The position numbers and the translations under genes are program-made. A stretch of DNA of 64,000 nt, from NCBI GenBank assembly GCA_963829055.1, contig CAWHHI010000017.1, positions 1 through 64,000 on the forward strand. Reading direction: 5' to 3'. The stretch comes from an uncultured Gemmatimonadaceae bacterium. Its GTDB lineage: Bacteria > Gemmatimonadota > Gemmatimonadetes > Gemmatimonadales > Gemmatimonadaceae. This document shows, piece by piece, positions 22,161 to 34,886 of the stretch; the first letter of the stretch is position 1; every line of letters starts with the position of its first letter. The notes under the pieces are model-generated. The model saw only the letters and a program-made list of their open reading frames with translations, did no database searches and was not told where the DNA came from.

Positions 22161-23940
22161 ATGCCCCGCATCGCAAAACTCGTCCTCGCCGGCCTGTTTG
22201 TTTCCGCGTCATCGCTGTCCGCGCAATCGTTCCCCACCGACGATCCCATCATCAAGCGGATCTACGCCACGGGAATGGACAGCTCGCGTCTCACGACCCA
22301 GGCCCACGTGCTGTTCGACTCGCTCGGTCCGCGCCTCATGGGCACGCCGAACATCAAGCGCGCGCAGGACTGGCTCGTTTCCACGTACAAGTCGTGGGGC
22401 GTCGACGCCAAGGAAGAGCAGTACGGCACCTGGCGCGGGTGGGACCGCGGCCACTCGCACATCGATCTCGTCTCGCCTCGGCGACGTACGCTGCAGGGGC
22501 AAATGGTCGGGTACAGCCCGGGCACGGGCGGACGCGACGTCACGCTCGAGACAGTCGTGCTCCCGCGCTTCGCCGACAGCACCGAGTTCGTGAAGTGGCT
22601 CCCGAAAGCGAAGGGAAAGCTCGTCATGATCTCGGCGCCGCTGCCGACGTGTCGGCCGCAGGATGACTGGGCGGCCAATGCGACACCGGAATCCAAGGCG
22701 CGCATGGATTCGCTCATGGTGAGCACGCAGCGCGAGTGGGCCAGCCTCCGCGTGAGCCCGAACAACCCGTCGGTCGACCGGCGCGAGCGCCGGCGTGCGC
22801 GGCACCGGGTACTCGTCGGCGTTAGGCGGCGGCGAGCTCGGGTTGCGGCTCGAGAAAGGCGGCGCGGCCGGCATCATCACGTCGCGGCCCAAGCTCGCGT
22901 GGTCGATGGGCGGCGGGCGCACACCGCAACAGGTCGTCGACGCGGCGCAGAATCCTAACGCCGCTGGTCGCGGCGGCTTCGGGTTCGGCGGTGCGCTCAA
23001 CACGGGCTGGGGCGCGATGGAGGTCTTCGAGACGTACAACCTCACGACGCCGGCCATCGCGCTCGACTGCGAGGACTACGGACTCGTCGCTCGGCTCAGC
23101 GAAGCGGGCGACCGTCCGAAGCTCACGCTCAACCTCGACGGCAAGCTCCTCGGCGAGCAGCCAGTCTACAACGTCGTCGCGAGCATCAAGGGCACCGAGC
23201 ATCCCGACGAGTACGTGATGCTCTCGGCGCACTTCGATTCGTGGGACGGATCGTCCGGCGCGACCGACAACGGCACGGGCACGCTGACGATGCTCGAGGC
23301 GATGCGCATCCTGCGCACGGTGTATCCGAAGCCGAAGCGTACGATCCTCGTCGGCCACTGGAGCGGCGAGGAGGAAGGCGAGGTCGGCTCGAAGGCATTT
23401 ACCGAGGATCATCCGGATGTGCTCAAGGGCCTGCAGGCGCTGTTCAACCAGGACAACGGCACGGGCCGGATTCGCAGCGTCGGTGGCGGCGGTCTGGTGC
23501 ATTCGCCGGAGCACATCAACGACTGGTTAGGCAAGATCCCGAACGGAGTTCCGGTCGCAGATCAACGGCGGGAATCCGGTGCAGTCGGGGAGACCGGCCG
23601 GCGGCGGCAGCGACGACTTCTCGTTCGGATGCGCGGGCTATCCGGCGTTCGGACTCGGTGCGACGCCGTGGGACTACGGCACGGTCACGTGGCACACCGA
23701 GCGCGACACGTACGACAAGGTCGTGTTCGATGACCTCAAGTACAACGCGACGCTGACGGCGATGCTCGTCTATCTCGCGTCGGAGGATCCGACGAGGATT
23801 CCGCTCGATCGCGTGGACCTCGCGGCGGCAGCGAATGCGGCGGGTGCTCGCCCCGGTGCCGGCGGTGGCCGCGGATTCGGGCCACGACCTGGCCCGAGTG
23901 CGAGAAGGCGCCGCGGAAGACGAGTCCGAGACTGAAATAG
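22161..23940 (+). CDS. M28 family metallopeptidase, secreted (frameshifted)
   Basis: SAHFDSWD, GATDNGTG, GEEEG, NQDNG, TWHT. Confidence 0.92.
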
Positions 23941-23956
23941 TTGATTGGGGTGGATG

Positions 23957-24234
23957 TTTCGTCGCGCCGGGGCCGGTGAGAACTACGATTGGCTGCGGAA
24001 TGGAACGTTCGCAGAAACGGCCGGATAGGAAGCGTAGCGTGCGGAGATCCGGCTCCTCTCGCAACGAGCCGGGATTTCTTGGGAACGGCCGCTCGGGACG
24101 CATGGAGTCTCCGAGCGGCCGTTCCCATTTTCAATCGGTCCGGCGAGAGCCAGCCTCGATGCAAAGCCGTATCCGGCCGTTTTCCGTGTCATCCGCGAAA
24201 TCGTAGTTCTCACCGACCGCGGCGCGACAAAGCC
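23957..24234 (+). repeat. Family C element, copy 3 (shorter)
   Basis: GGCCGGTGAGAACTACGATT / AATCGTAGTTCTCACCG termini; same central hairpin. Confidence 0.85.
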
Positions 24235-24343
24235 TGACGATCGATCCGTCCCAATCCAGCATCGCTCGACTTGAGCGCGGGGTATCCAACGCCCAAGTTC
24301 GGGACAGTCGTTCACGATCGTCACCCGCCCAATCGCTGCTCCT

Positions 24344-27147
24344 ATGAAACACCGCCTCCTGTTCAGCCTCGCGGTGCTCGGCATCGTTCCCATCCGTGCT
24401 CATCAGCCAGCCCCGGCAGACCGTACGCCCATCGGATTACGGCAAATGGGAGTCGCTCGGCCGCGGCATCGCTGTCGCCCAACGGGCAGTGGCTCGCGTA
24501 CGTCGTCAACCGCGTCAACGAGGAGAACGAGCTCCGACTCGGCGGCGTCGCCCGCGACACGACCGTCGCCATCCTCTACGGGTCGGCCCCCGCGTTCACC
24601 GGCGACTCGAAGTGGATCGCCTACGCGATCGGCGTCTCGCCGGCGGAACGCGATCGACTCACGAAAGACAAGAAGCCGATTCACAACTCGGTCGGCGTTC
24701 CGCAATCTCGCGACCGGCGCCACCGAGATCGTGAAGGACGTCACGCAGTTCCGCTTCAGCGGCGACGGCCGATTCCTCGCCATGCGACGCTACCCCGCGG
24801 AAGGAAAGCGCTCCGCCGATCTCATCGTGCAGGACCTCGAGCACGGCACGAAGATGACGTTCGGCAACGTGAGCGAATTCGCGTGGTCGGAACGGGCGCG
24901 CGTTGCTCGCGTTCACCGTGGACGCGATGGCGGGCGCGGGCAATGGCGTGCAACTCTACGACGCGAACGACCGGCGACGACGCGCGTACTCGACTCCTCG
25001 CCGTCGCTCTACCGCATGCTCGCGTGGCGCGAGAAGAGCGAGGATCTCGCCGTGCTTCGATCGCGCACGGACAAGGAGTTCCGGGACACGACACACGTCG
25101 TGATCGCGTGGACGCGCGTGAGCGGAACGCAACGCCCCGCGGCGCGAGCTCGATCCGGCGAAGGCGAGCGGCTTCCCGGCCGCGATGCGCGTCGCGGAGC
25201 ATCGGCGTCCGGAGTGGGCGAAGGATGGGTCGATCGTGTACGTCGGCCTGCGACCTCGTGAGCGCGCGACGCGACGCACGGATTCCACGAGCCGCCACGG
25301 CTCAGGCAACGACAACGGCGGCATTATGCAAGACTCGCGGCGACAGCACAGAGCGCGAAGACCGACGACAAGCCGTCCGACGTTCAGGTGTGGCACGCGA
25401 AGGACGTTCGCATCATGCCGATGCAGAAGGTTCAGGAGCAGCAGGATCTGCAGCGCACGCTGCTCACGGCGTGGCACCTCGGCGAACGGGCACGTCGTGC
25501 AGATCGGCACGGATCTCGTGGGAGACCGCCCGCGTGCTGCGAGGCGATCGCTTCGCGACGGAGACCGATCGCAAGCCCTACGCGTTCGGCGCGAAGTTCG
25601 GGCGGCCGTACAGCGACGTGTACGTCGTCGACGTGAAGAGCGGCGAGCGACGCAAGGCGCTGGAGAAGGTGCGCTTCTTCTACGGCGCCAGCGCAACCGG
25701 CCGCAAGCTCGCGTGGTACGACGGTAAGGACTACTGGACGCATGGATGTGGCGACGGGCGCGCGAACGAACCTCACGGCGAAAGTCTCGGCGAAGTTCAG
25801 CGATCCACGACTACGACTATCCCGGCGACATGAAGCCGCCGGCGGATTTTCAGGGCTGGGCGAAGGATGACCGCGCCGTGCATCGTGGCCGACGAGTACG
25901 ATCTCTGGAGTCTCGAACCCGGATGGCTCCGGTGGACGTCGCCTAACGAATGGCGCGGCCGAGAAGATCGTCTACCGTTATGCCCGCACGTCGCGCCGCG
26001 ACGATGACGGCATCGACCTCGCGCAACCTGTCTACGTGTCGCTGTTCGGCAAGCGCACGAAGCAGAGCGGGTACGGCCGCGTGCGTGTCGGCACCGTCGA
26101 GCGGCTCGTGTTCGACGACGCGGCCGTCAATCGTCTAGCGCGCGCTGATTCGCACGGACACGTTCGCGTTCACGCGCGAGCGCTATCGACGACTCGCCCG
26201 ACTGGTTCGTCGGCGCCGGCGATCTCGAGAGCGCCGCGCCAGGTCTCCACCACGAACCCGTTCCAGAAGGACTACGCGTGGGGGCGAGCGGAGCTCGTGA
26301 ACTATCGGACGGTCGCCGGGCATGACCTGCAGGGTGTGCTGATCTATCCGGCGAACTACGACGCGTCGAAGAAGTACCCGATGATCGTGAACCCGTACGA
26401 GCTGCTGTCGCAGACGCTGCATCAGTTCATCGTGCCCACGGAGCGCAGCTACTACGACGCCGACGGTGTGGACGTCAGAACGGGTACTTCGTGCTCAAGC
26501 CGGACATCGTGTTCCGCGGTCGCGACCCGGGCATCTCGGTGCTCGAGGCGCTGCGAGCCGGCGGTTCGCAGCGTCACGTCACGCGGGCTCGTGGACTCGA
26601 CGAAGGTCGGTCTCGTCGGCCACTCGTGGGGCGGATACGAGGCGACGTTCGTGCCCGACGCGCACGAACATGTTCGCCGCGGCGGTTGCCGGCGCGCCGA
26701 TCACGAACTTCCTGAGCTTCGCCGGCGCGATTCACTGGACGCCGGGCATCGCCGAGTTCGATCACTGGGAGACGGGACAGGCGCGCATGGACGTGCCCGT
26801 TCTGGGAGGACATGGAGGCGTACGTGCGGAATTCGCCCGGCGGCGAAGGTGAACGAGCTCAAGACGCCGATGCTGATGGAATTCGGCGACGCCGACGGCA
26901 CGGTCGATTGGCATCAGGGCATCGAGTTCTACAACTTCGCGCGCCGCGCCGGCCGCGATGACTTCGTGATGCTCGTGTATCCCGGCGAGGACCACGGTCT
27001 CCGGAAGAAGGAGAACCAGATCGACTACCACCGCCGCATCAACCAGTGGTTCGGTCACTGGCTCAAGGGCGAGCCGGCGCCGACGTGGATGACGGAGGGC
27101 ATGACGTGGCTCGAGCGGAAGTCCGTGTTGGACTCGGGCCGAAGTGA
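24344..27147 (+). CDS. S9 (prolyl oligopeptidase family) secreted peptidase; heavily frameshifted
   Basis: Propeller repeats (SPNGQWLAY), GHSWGG, DGTVDW, YPGEDHGL. Confidence 0.88.
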
Positions 27148-27155
27148 CTGTCATC

Positions 27156-27258
27156 TGTCATCCCGAGCGACAGCGAGGGACCTTTGTGACGTACTGTGGC
27201 CGGACTGGCTACAATGACTTCACAAGGATCCCTCGCCGCTGCCGCTCCTCGGGATGAC
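27156..27258. repeat. REP-like element, family B
   Basis: TGTCATCCCGAGCGACAGCGAGGGACC...CTCGGGATGAC. Confidence 0.85.
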
Positions 27259-27273
27259 GCTAACGACCCGCAA

Positions 27274-27955
27274 ATGAACCACACGCGCTTCCTACCATCC
27301 GTCGCGCTTTCGCTTCCTCGCCGCCTGCTCCGGCACCGGCGCTTCCGCCGACAAGGAGCCGAGCGATTCGGCAGCAACGACGAATGCCGCCGTGCACATC
27401 CGGCGCGAGAAGGACGTCGCGCTCGACCCGAAGATGTCACCGTTCCATCTCGTGCTCGATGCCGCCGGGCCTAACGTGGATTCGCTCACGGTGAAGCTGC
27501 AGATCCACGACCCCGACAAGAAGCTCGTCTACGACCGCGCGTGGCCCTCGGCTGGCTACCTCGAGTGCGAGTGCGATGACTCGCAGCGCCCCGGGCAGCT
27601 GCCGGGCCTGCGGGCGGACGCGCAACGCTACCTCGAGACCTTCTTCGACAGCGCATTCGTGCCACCGGTTGCGGCAGACAGCGGCCGCTATTGGGAGCGA
27701 CCGGATCATCGCATGAGCGAGTTGATGCAGCTCGTGCCACAGTTGTGGGACGTCAAACAAGTGCGCGACACCACCGCCGTGTTCGACTCCATCATGGCCG
27801 AAAAGCCCACGTCGTACGACGAGCTCGCCGATCGTGTGCGCGCCGGAATTCGCGCGCGGCCGGCAATCATCTACCGTACAGCGCTCGAGGGCTACTGCAT
27901 CGCGGCGTGGTCGCCGGAAGCCGGGCGCGTCGTGGACGTCCTGTGCGGTCCCTGA
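27274..27955 (+). CDS. Hypothetical exported protein (frameshift in signal region)
   Basis: 187-aa ORF 27392-27955 with coding-like composition; signal-like N-terminus in the adjacent frame. Confidence 0.55.
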
Positions 27956-27977
27956 ACCCCGAGCGATAGACGCCGCG

Positions 27978-30691
27978 TTAGGGGCGCTTCGGGGCCAGCG
28001 AATCGAATCGCGCCTTGTCCTCGGGCACGAGGTACGACGACGGCGCGACGGGCGTGAACGGCTTCGCGTCAGGCGTCGTCGTGAACGCGTTGAACATTGG
28101 CGCCGCGAGCGCGTCACCGAGGTGCATCGGGTCGAGGCCGAGGATCAGCTCCACCGTGCGCAGTGCGCTCAGCTGGTCGAATCGATCGGACACGACCACG
28201 CCGCGCTTCACCGACGGACCGATGAGCAGCGCCACCTCGCGCGTGGCGTCGACGTGATCGGGCCCGTTCTGGGCGTCGTCCTCCATCACGATGATGAGAC
28301 TCTCGTTCCAGATCGGGCTGCTCGAGATCGCCGAACGATCTGCCCGAGCGCCGCGTCGTTCTGCGCCACGAGCTGGTACGGGTTGAGGAAGCTCGGGTTG
28401 ACGCCGGCCGTGTGATCGTTAGGCAGCCAGAGGTACGAGAACGCCGGCACGCGGTTCTCCCTGACGGCCGCCTCGAAGTCGCGACGCCAGATCGCCGACC
28501 GGTCGAGGTCGGAGAACGCGAGGTTCCACGTCGGGTAGCCGAGCGTGTAGTGCGTGAGGAAATCGGCGACGCCGGTGCTTGAACGTCGCGTCGGAGCGAT
28601 ACGGCGCGCGTCAGGCTGTTGTCGCCGGTGAACAGCGTCGACAGGCCGGCCGGAGAACTTCGCGTCGGCCAGCAGCTTGAGCGCATCGGCACGGTTCGTT
28701 CGCGCGTCCCATGAACGGCGTCGACAGCGCGGTGAAGCGCGAGCCACGATCGACGGAGTCGGCGAGCGCCATCGAGTGCGCGTAGAACCGCTTCGCGAGC
28801 GCGTGGTCCGCGCCGAATCGCTCGGTGATCAGCCGATACATGCGCGTGAACAGGTAGTACGGCTCGCCGTAGATGCGATAGCTCACGTTCTTCGCCTCGA
28901 GCGCGTCCCAGAGGTACGTCGGCGAGTACGCGCCCGGGACGGTGCCGAACGGGTAGCCACGATAGCGCGCGGCGTACGTCGTGTTCCCGAGCCACTCGAG
29001 GAATGGGCTCGCGTACCCACTCGTCGTGAAGCTGTGCCCGAGGACGCTGATCTCGCCGTCGGCGTAGAAGTGGTCGAGCGTGACGAAGTCCCGCGCGATC
29101 TGATGCGCGACCGGCGTGACCCGCTCACCGAACAGCGTTAGGCTCGAGTCCGCCTCGCCGCGGCCGAGGTCGCCCATCACCTGATCCCACGACCGATTCT
29201 CGCGCACGATGTAGAACACGTGGCGAATCGGGAAGTCGCAGTCCGTCGCTCGCGCTGTAGAGCGGCGTGCCTTGCGCGACCTGCTTCGTCCAGTCGGCGA
29301 GCCGCCCCGGAATGACGGAATCGGGCAGCACCGCGACCGAGCCGCGAAGCAGCGTGAGGACGTAGTCAGGCCCGCTCGTGCGCGTGTCGGCGATCGGCTG
29401 CGGCCCGTGCGGATTCGGACGGCGCGCGCGGATGCCCTTCGCGCTCAGCATCACGAGCCGTCCGCTGTCGGCGACGACCTTGGTCGGATACCACGCGGTC
29501 GGGAAAAAGCCGACGGGCTCGACGCCGGTGGCGGATGGCGGACGCACCGAGGTCGAAGACGGCGACCGCGTTGAGCCCCGCGGCGGTGACGTAGAGCTTG
29601 CCCTTCGAGACCGCGCACGACGTCGGCGCGCTGCCGAATTTCGCGGTCGCGCCCTGCGGGCCGGGAAACCGAACGCGGTAGCTCGCGACGACGGAGTCGG
29701 ACGTGAGCGACACGGCCGACACGTCGTCGGAGCCGGAGTTCACGACGTACACGTCGAGCGTCGTCCGCGCAGAGACTCTGCGGCGCGCGCCCGGTGGCGA
29801 TCGTGCGTCGCAGCCGCGGCTGTCCGCCGGAGAGATCGTACGCGAGCAGCTTGTGCTCGCCGACGAGCGACATGTACAACGTTCGCCCGACGACTCGCAT
29901 CGCCGACGGGAAGAAGCCGGCGTTGACGGTCGACTCGATGCGCCCGTTCGTCACGTTGAGGATCGCGAGCTGTCCCGGCGCCCGAGGCACCCACGCTGTC
30001 CGGCGCGGTCAGAAGCGCGACGGCAATGCGATCGGCGTCGATGGCCGCGACCGGGCCGGCGTACCCGCCGACGCGAAGCGCGCGAGTGACCTGGAACTGC
30101 CGGTCGATCTGGAAGACGCTGTCGCTCGATCCGCCGCTGACGTAGAGGTTCCCGTTAGGCGATACCGCGGCACTCGGATAGAGCGACGCCACGCGAAGGG
30201 TGCGGGTGACGCCGCGGCCTCGCGACATCGACGATCGAGATCTCCGGGTCTTCCAGGCCTTGCGGGTAGTACCCGTTGTTGAGCACGACGACGCGGCCGC
30301 CGAACGACACGGCTTCGTACGGCAGTGCGCCCGAGCTCGACCTGAGCGCCAGCGGGTGCGAGGACCCAGCCGGTCGGGAGTCGCAGCTCGCGGCGCCTGC
30401 GCCGCGAACTTCGCCGCCGACGCATTCGCCCGGCGCACGGCTCGGTCGTAGCCCTTCGCCGCGCGCGAACTTCCAGAGCTCGCGCGTGAGGTCTTCCATC
30501 TCCTCGGGCTCGTCGGGCCCCGAGCGCTCGGACATGATCGGCCGCTTCCCGCCGCGCTCGCGCTCTTCTTCGCGCTCTCGTTCCCGCTCGCTCGGCTGGC
30601 CGAGTCCGTTTTCGACTGGGCAGTCGCGACGCTGCCGGCAAACGGGACGGCAGATCGCGAGGGCTACAACGAGGGAGATTCGATAGCGCAT
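27978..30691 (-). CDS. Bifunctional YncE beta-propeller / alkaline phosphatase (phosphoesterase) family protein (frameshifted)
   Basis: RLPTGW, YVVNSGSDDV, FYIVRENRSWDQVMGDL, WLPNDHT, EDDAQNGPDHVD. Confidence 0.85.
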
Positions 30692-30789
30692 GCGTGACGT
30701 CCAGCGAGGCGGTGAGGAGTCGAACGCCGAGACGCTGGAATCTGGCCACCGTCTACGCCCATCGGCAAGCAACACGCTTCGTTGCCGAC

Positions 30790-30900
30790 TGTCACGCCCG
30801 AGGAGCGCCAGCGACGAGGGACCTTCTGTGAACAGTTCGTGGCCGGACTAGCCACGATGACATCGCACAAGGTCGCCTCGCTGTACGCTCGGCGATGACA
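30790..30900. repeat. REP-like element, family B
   Basis: TGTCA..CCCGAGGAG..GAGGGACCTT..GTGGCCGGACTAGCCACGATGAC..GATGACA. Confidence 0.8.
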
Positions 30901-30901
30901 G

Positions 30902-33569
30902 TTACTCCGACCTGAGCGCCATCGCCGGATCGACCCGCGCCGCGCGACGAGCTGGGACGCCCGACGCCAGCAGCGCGACCAGCGACCAGCACGACCGCCA
31001 CCGCCCGCGAACACCACCGGGTCCGTCGGGCTGACCTCGTACAGCTGCGCGCCTAACAAGCGCGACAGCGCCAGCGCACCCGCGGTGCCCACAACGAGTC
31101 CCACGAGCGCCGGCGTCAGGCCCGTCTTGAGCGTCCATTGCACGATGTCCGCCGACCTCGCACCGAGCGCGATCCGGATGCCGATCTCGTTCGTCCGCTG
31201 GCCGACGACGTACGCGACGACGCCGTACACGCCGATCGCGGCGAGCAGCAGCGCGACGACGCCGAACGCGCCGACCAGCAGCGTCAGCACGCGCGGCGCC
31301 GCGACCGCGTCGCCAATCGCGTCGCGCATCGTACCCATCTCCGTGATCGGCTGATCGCGCTCGACACTGCGGATCGCGTCCCGAACGGACGGGAGCACGG
31401 CGGCCGGGTCGCCAGACGTCCTCGCGATCACCGTGAATATCCGGCGCGTCACGATCCTGTTCGGCACGTAGACCATCGGCGTCGGATCGCCCTGCACGCT
31501 CGTGTAGCGCGCGTCTGCCGGCCACGCCGACGACCCGCATCCGCCGCCCCTGAAACTCGATCTCCTCGCCGACGGCGAGACGGCCCGGCCAATGCTTTCG
31601 CGCGAGCGCCGGCACTGATCGACCACGCCGAGTCGCGGCCGAGTCGGCATCCTGCTCGGTGAGGTCGCGGCCCGGCATCGAGGCGCATGCCCAGCGCCCG
31701 AACGATCCCGTCAGACGACGGCAGGAAGTTCGCACGCGGCTCCGCCGACGACGCATTCGCCGCCTGCGCCGGGATCGACGAACGAGCTTGGCTCACCGCC
31801 CGCGCGCATGGGCCCGTCCTTGGCGAGCGCGGCCGCCGTGACACGCCGGGCACTTGCGCGCACCGCTGCCAGCATTCGGTACGCAACGGGCACGTAGTTC
31901 GCCGGCCGTGCATAACGCGAATGCCGGAATCGTCACGCGGACGATAGAGCGTTCGCTCGGCATCGAAGCCGAGCGACACCTGGCTCAGACGCGAGAAGCT
32001 CTTCACGAGCAGCCCAGCCCCGACGACCAGCATCATGGCCAGGCCGACCTCGAGCGCGACGAGCGCGCGACGCAGCGCGTGCGTCGCCAGCGGCACCGGT
32101 GTTCCCGCGGCCGCTCTCGCGCAGCGTCCCGGCGACGTTGCCCACGATCGCCCATGACGGGGATCAACCCGAAGACGAGTCCCGTGAGCGCGGACACCCC
32201 GAGCGCGAACGCCAACACCGTGCCGTCCACGCGCACGTCGCCGACGGCGGGCAGCCACGGACCGATGAGCGTTACCAGCGCGCGGACGCCCCACGTCGCG
32301 AGCAGCACGCCGAGCACGCCGCCGGCGAGCGAGAGCGCGACACTCTCAGTGAACAGTTGCCGCGCCAGCCGCGCGCGACCGGCACCTAACGCGGTGCGCA
32401 CGGCGAGCTCCCGCGACCGGCTGCGACGCACGCGCCAGCACGAGGTTCGCCACGTTCACGCACGCCAGCACGAGCGTGAGCACTACTGCGCCGAACAGGA
32501 TCCAGCACGCCGCCCTCGGGAGTTGCCGAGGATCTCGTCGCGCAGCGGGACGACGTCGCGCGCGGTCCAACCCGGCGTTCGTGTCGCCGTACTCGCTCGC
32601 GAGCCGATTCGTGATGACGGACATGTCGCGATCGCGCACGCGCCGCGGTCACGCCCGGCCGCGAGGCGCGCGATCGCCTCCAGCCACCGCACTCCGCGCG
32701 TCCGCGGAATTCCGCTCGCCGGCACGACGGAGATCGGAGTCCAGACTTCCGTATCGCGCTCGGGAAACCGGAAATCCGCCGGCATGACCCCGACGACGGT
32801 GAACGGCTCGTCGTTCAGGCGGAGTGTACGCCCGACAATGTCGCGCGCCGACCCATAACGAGTGCGTCCACAACCGGTGCGAGAGCACCACCACGCGATC
32901 GCGCCCGTCGACGTGCTCGCTCGGCAGAATCGTTCGGCCGAGGGCGCGCTCACGCCGAGCGTCTCGAAGAAATCGGCGGCGACGAACGCGGTCTTGAGAC
33001 GAACGGGCTCTCCACCATCCACCAGCGCGAGACCGGTGGGCAGCGTGCTGTACGCGGACACGCCGGTCGAAGGCGAGTGCCAAGTCGCCGCCAATCGTCG
33101 AGATCCGGAATGGAGATTGGGCTTCGCGCCTCGTTGCGAGTCGGGATTTGCGAGCCACAGCCTGACGAGTCGATCCGGCGATGCCGAACGGCAGCTCGCG
33201 GAGCAGGACGCCACGCACGACGCTGAAGATCGCGGTCGTCGCACCGACACCGAGCGCGAGCGTCAGGACGACGACGGCGGTGAAGCCCGGGCTGCGCCGT
33301 GCCGCGCGCGCGGCGTACGCGAGATCCTGACGAAGCTGGTCGAGGAGACTGGAAGCCGTGCGCGTCACCGATCTCTTCCTTGTACCGCTGCACGCCGCCG
33401 AACGCGCGCAGCGCAGCGGTCCGGGCCTCATCCGCTCATGCCTCGCGCCACGTTCTCGGCCGTTTGACGCTCGACGTGAAAGCGCAGCTCGTCGTCGATC
33501 TCGCGAGACATGCGGCTCCGAAACACGAGCGACCGGATGCCGCAGAACCAGTCGTTGAAGCCAGAGCAT
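30902..33569 (-). CDS. ADOP-type duplicated ABC permease (frameshifted)
   Basis: [58 protein letters not shown]. Confidence 0.9.
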
Positions 33570-33629
33570 ACATTCCTCTGCACGGTGATCGCCCGCATGC
33601 GCCTAACGCGGCATTCGGGCGAGCCAGTC

Positions 33630-33677
33630 TGTAGAACGTCTACAAGAGACTGACCGGTCTCCTGTAGAATGTCAAGG
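33630..33677. promoter_or_regulatory. TGTAG-N5-CTACA palindrome plus a degenerate second copy, putative PadR operator
   Basis: TGTAGaacgtCTACA (33630-33644) and TGTAGaatgtCAAGG (33663-33677) upstream of the ADOP gene. Confidence 0.55.
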
Positions 33678-33760
33678 AGAGCGACGCCTTCTTGCGGTAC
33701 GCGGCAGAACCAGCCGGGTTTCGCGGGTGGACACGACACGTTCCGGTTGCAGAGTACGGC

Positions 33761-34122
33761 ATGACTCCAGCTGATCGCGTCGCGGGGACCGCCGCAGGCA
33801 TCGTCATGACAGGCGGGATCGCCTTCGTCATAGTGATGGCGCGCCGACCCAAGCCTCCCGGCGCCGAAGGCCCGGCGCGCCGCGATCGCTGGTCGATGCT
33901 CTGGATCGCGAACAATGCAGCGCGTGTCGTACGCCGTCGTGTGGTCGCCGAGGCATTGGGCCGGCGCGACTGGCCATCGCGGTCGCCGTCTTCACGCTCG
34001 GCACGGCACTCCGCGTTCGCGCGGAGGAGACGCTGTTACGCGCCGCGTTCGGGGCCACGTTCGACGCGTACGCGAAGCGCGTCCCGGCGGTGGTGCCGCG
34101 TCCCGGCTCGAATCGAGTGTGA
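33761..34122 (+). pseudogene. Truncated isoprenylcysteine carboxylmethyltransferase/PEMT-like gene with an apparent internal deletion
   Basis: C-terminal RAEETLLRAAFGATFDAYAKRVPAVVP is present; the central GPY..RHP motif is not seen. Confidence 0.5.
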
Positions 34123-34188
34123 GGCAGCACCCGCAGACCGCGTTGGTGGCGGGTGCGATCTACTTCCGAGAATCGTTATCGTCACGGC

Positions 34189-34865
34189 ATGACCGAGCAG
34201 ACGATGTACCTGGCGGTTGCTGGCTTCGCGGTACTGAGCATCGGGCACTGGCTGTGGCGCCGAAGGCGCGCGCGCGACATCGCGGAACGTTGGCTCGCCC
34301 AGCATCACTACCGTGTTCGGGATCTGCGCCCCGTGTACAGGAGCGGCAGCCCACGCTTTCGCGCGACTCCGTTTCGCAACAACGATTGGGCGGTCGACTT
34401 CACCGCGGAGGTCGACGACATGCGACTCGGCGGCACGGGCGAGGTGCGGCTTCGCGTGTGGACGGACGGGCTCGGCATGATCGATCGCGAACCGGAGATC
34501 TCGTGGGACCGGATGCCGACGGATGACGAGGGCGGCGCGCTGCGCCGGAGTCGCAGTGGGCGAACGCGCAGATCGCGGTGCTCCGTCGAGTAGCGGCGGG
34601 CGAGTCGACATTGCGCCCGGCGGGACGCGATGCGGCGGCGCGTGCGAAGTTCGACGAAGAAGTCGAGCACATCCTCGCGCTCAACCGTCGAGGCCTGGTC
34701 ACTTGCGCGACGCCGATCGCGGAGCTCAGGAGCGACGCGCAGTACGCGGCGATCACGGACGTGGAGCTGACGGCGGACGGCCGACGCATGATCGAGCGGG
34801 CGGACGCGTCGGCGGCAGCGGAGGCACGCGCACGCGACGTACGCACCCCCGATCCAAGCTACTGA
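34189..34865 (+). CDS. Hypothetical protein with N-terminal TM (one frameshift)
   Basis: ORFs 34153-34593 and 34578-34865 join into one protein-like sequence. Confidence 0.55.
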
Positions 34866-34886
34866 GGGCTCAGCCGAGGGTACATC

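Noticed and set aside
17692..24234. Repeats as a CRISPR array or integron attC cassette array
   Set aside because: There is no regular repeat-spacer period, no cas or intI gene, and no GTTRRRY/RYYYAAC-bounded sites at these elements. Flanked genes are in mixed orientation.
33761..34122. Apparent internal deletions (methyltransferase-like gene here, barrel-like gene at 63004-63460) as biological events
   Set aside because: Cannot be separated from assembly error without reads, so they are listed only as low-confidence features.
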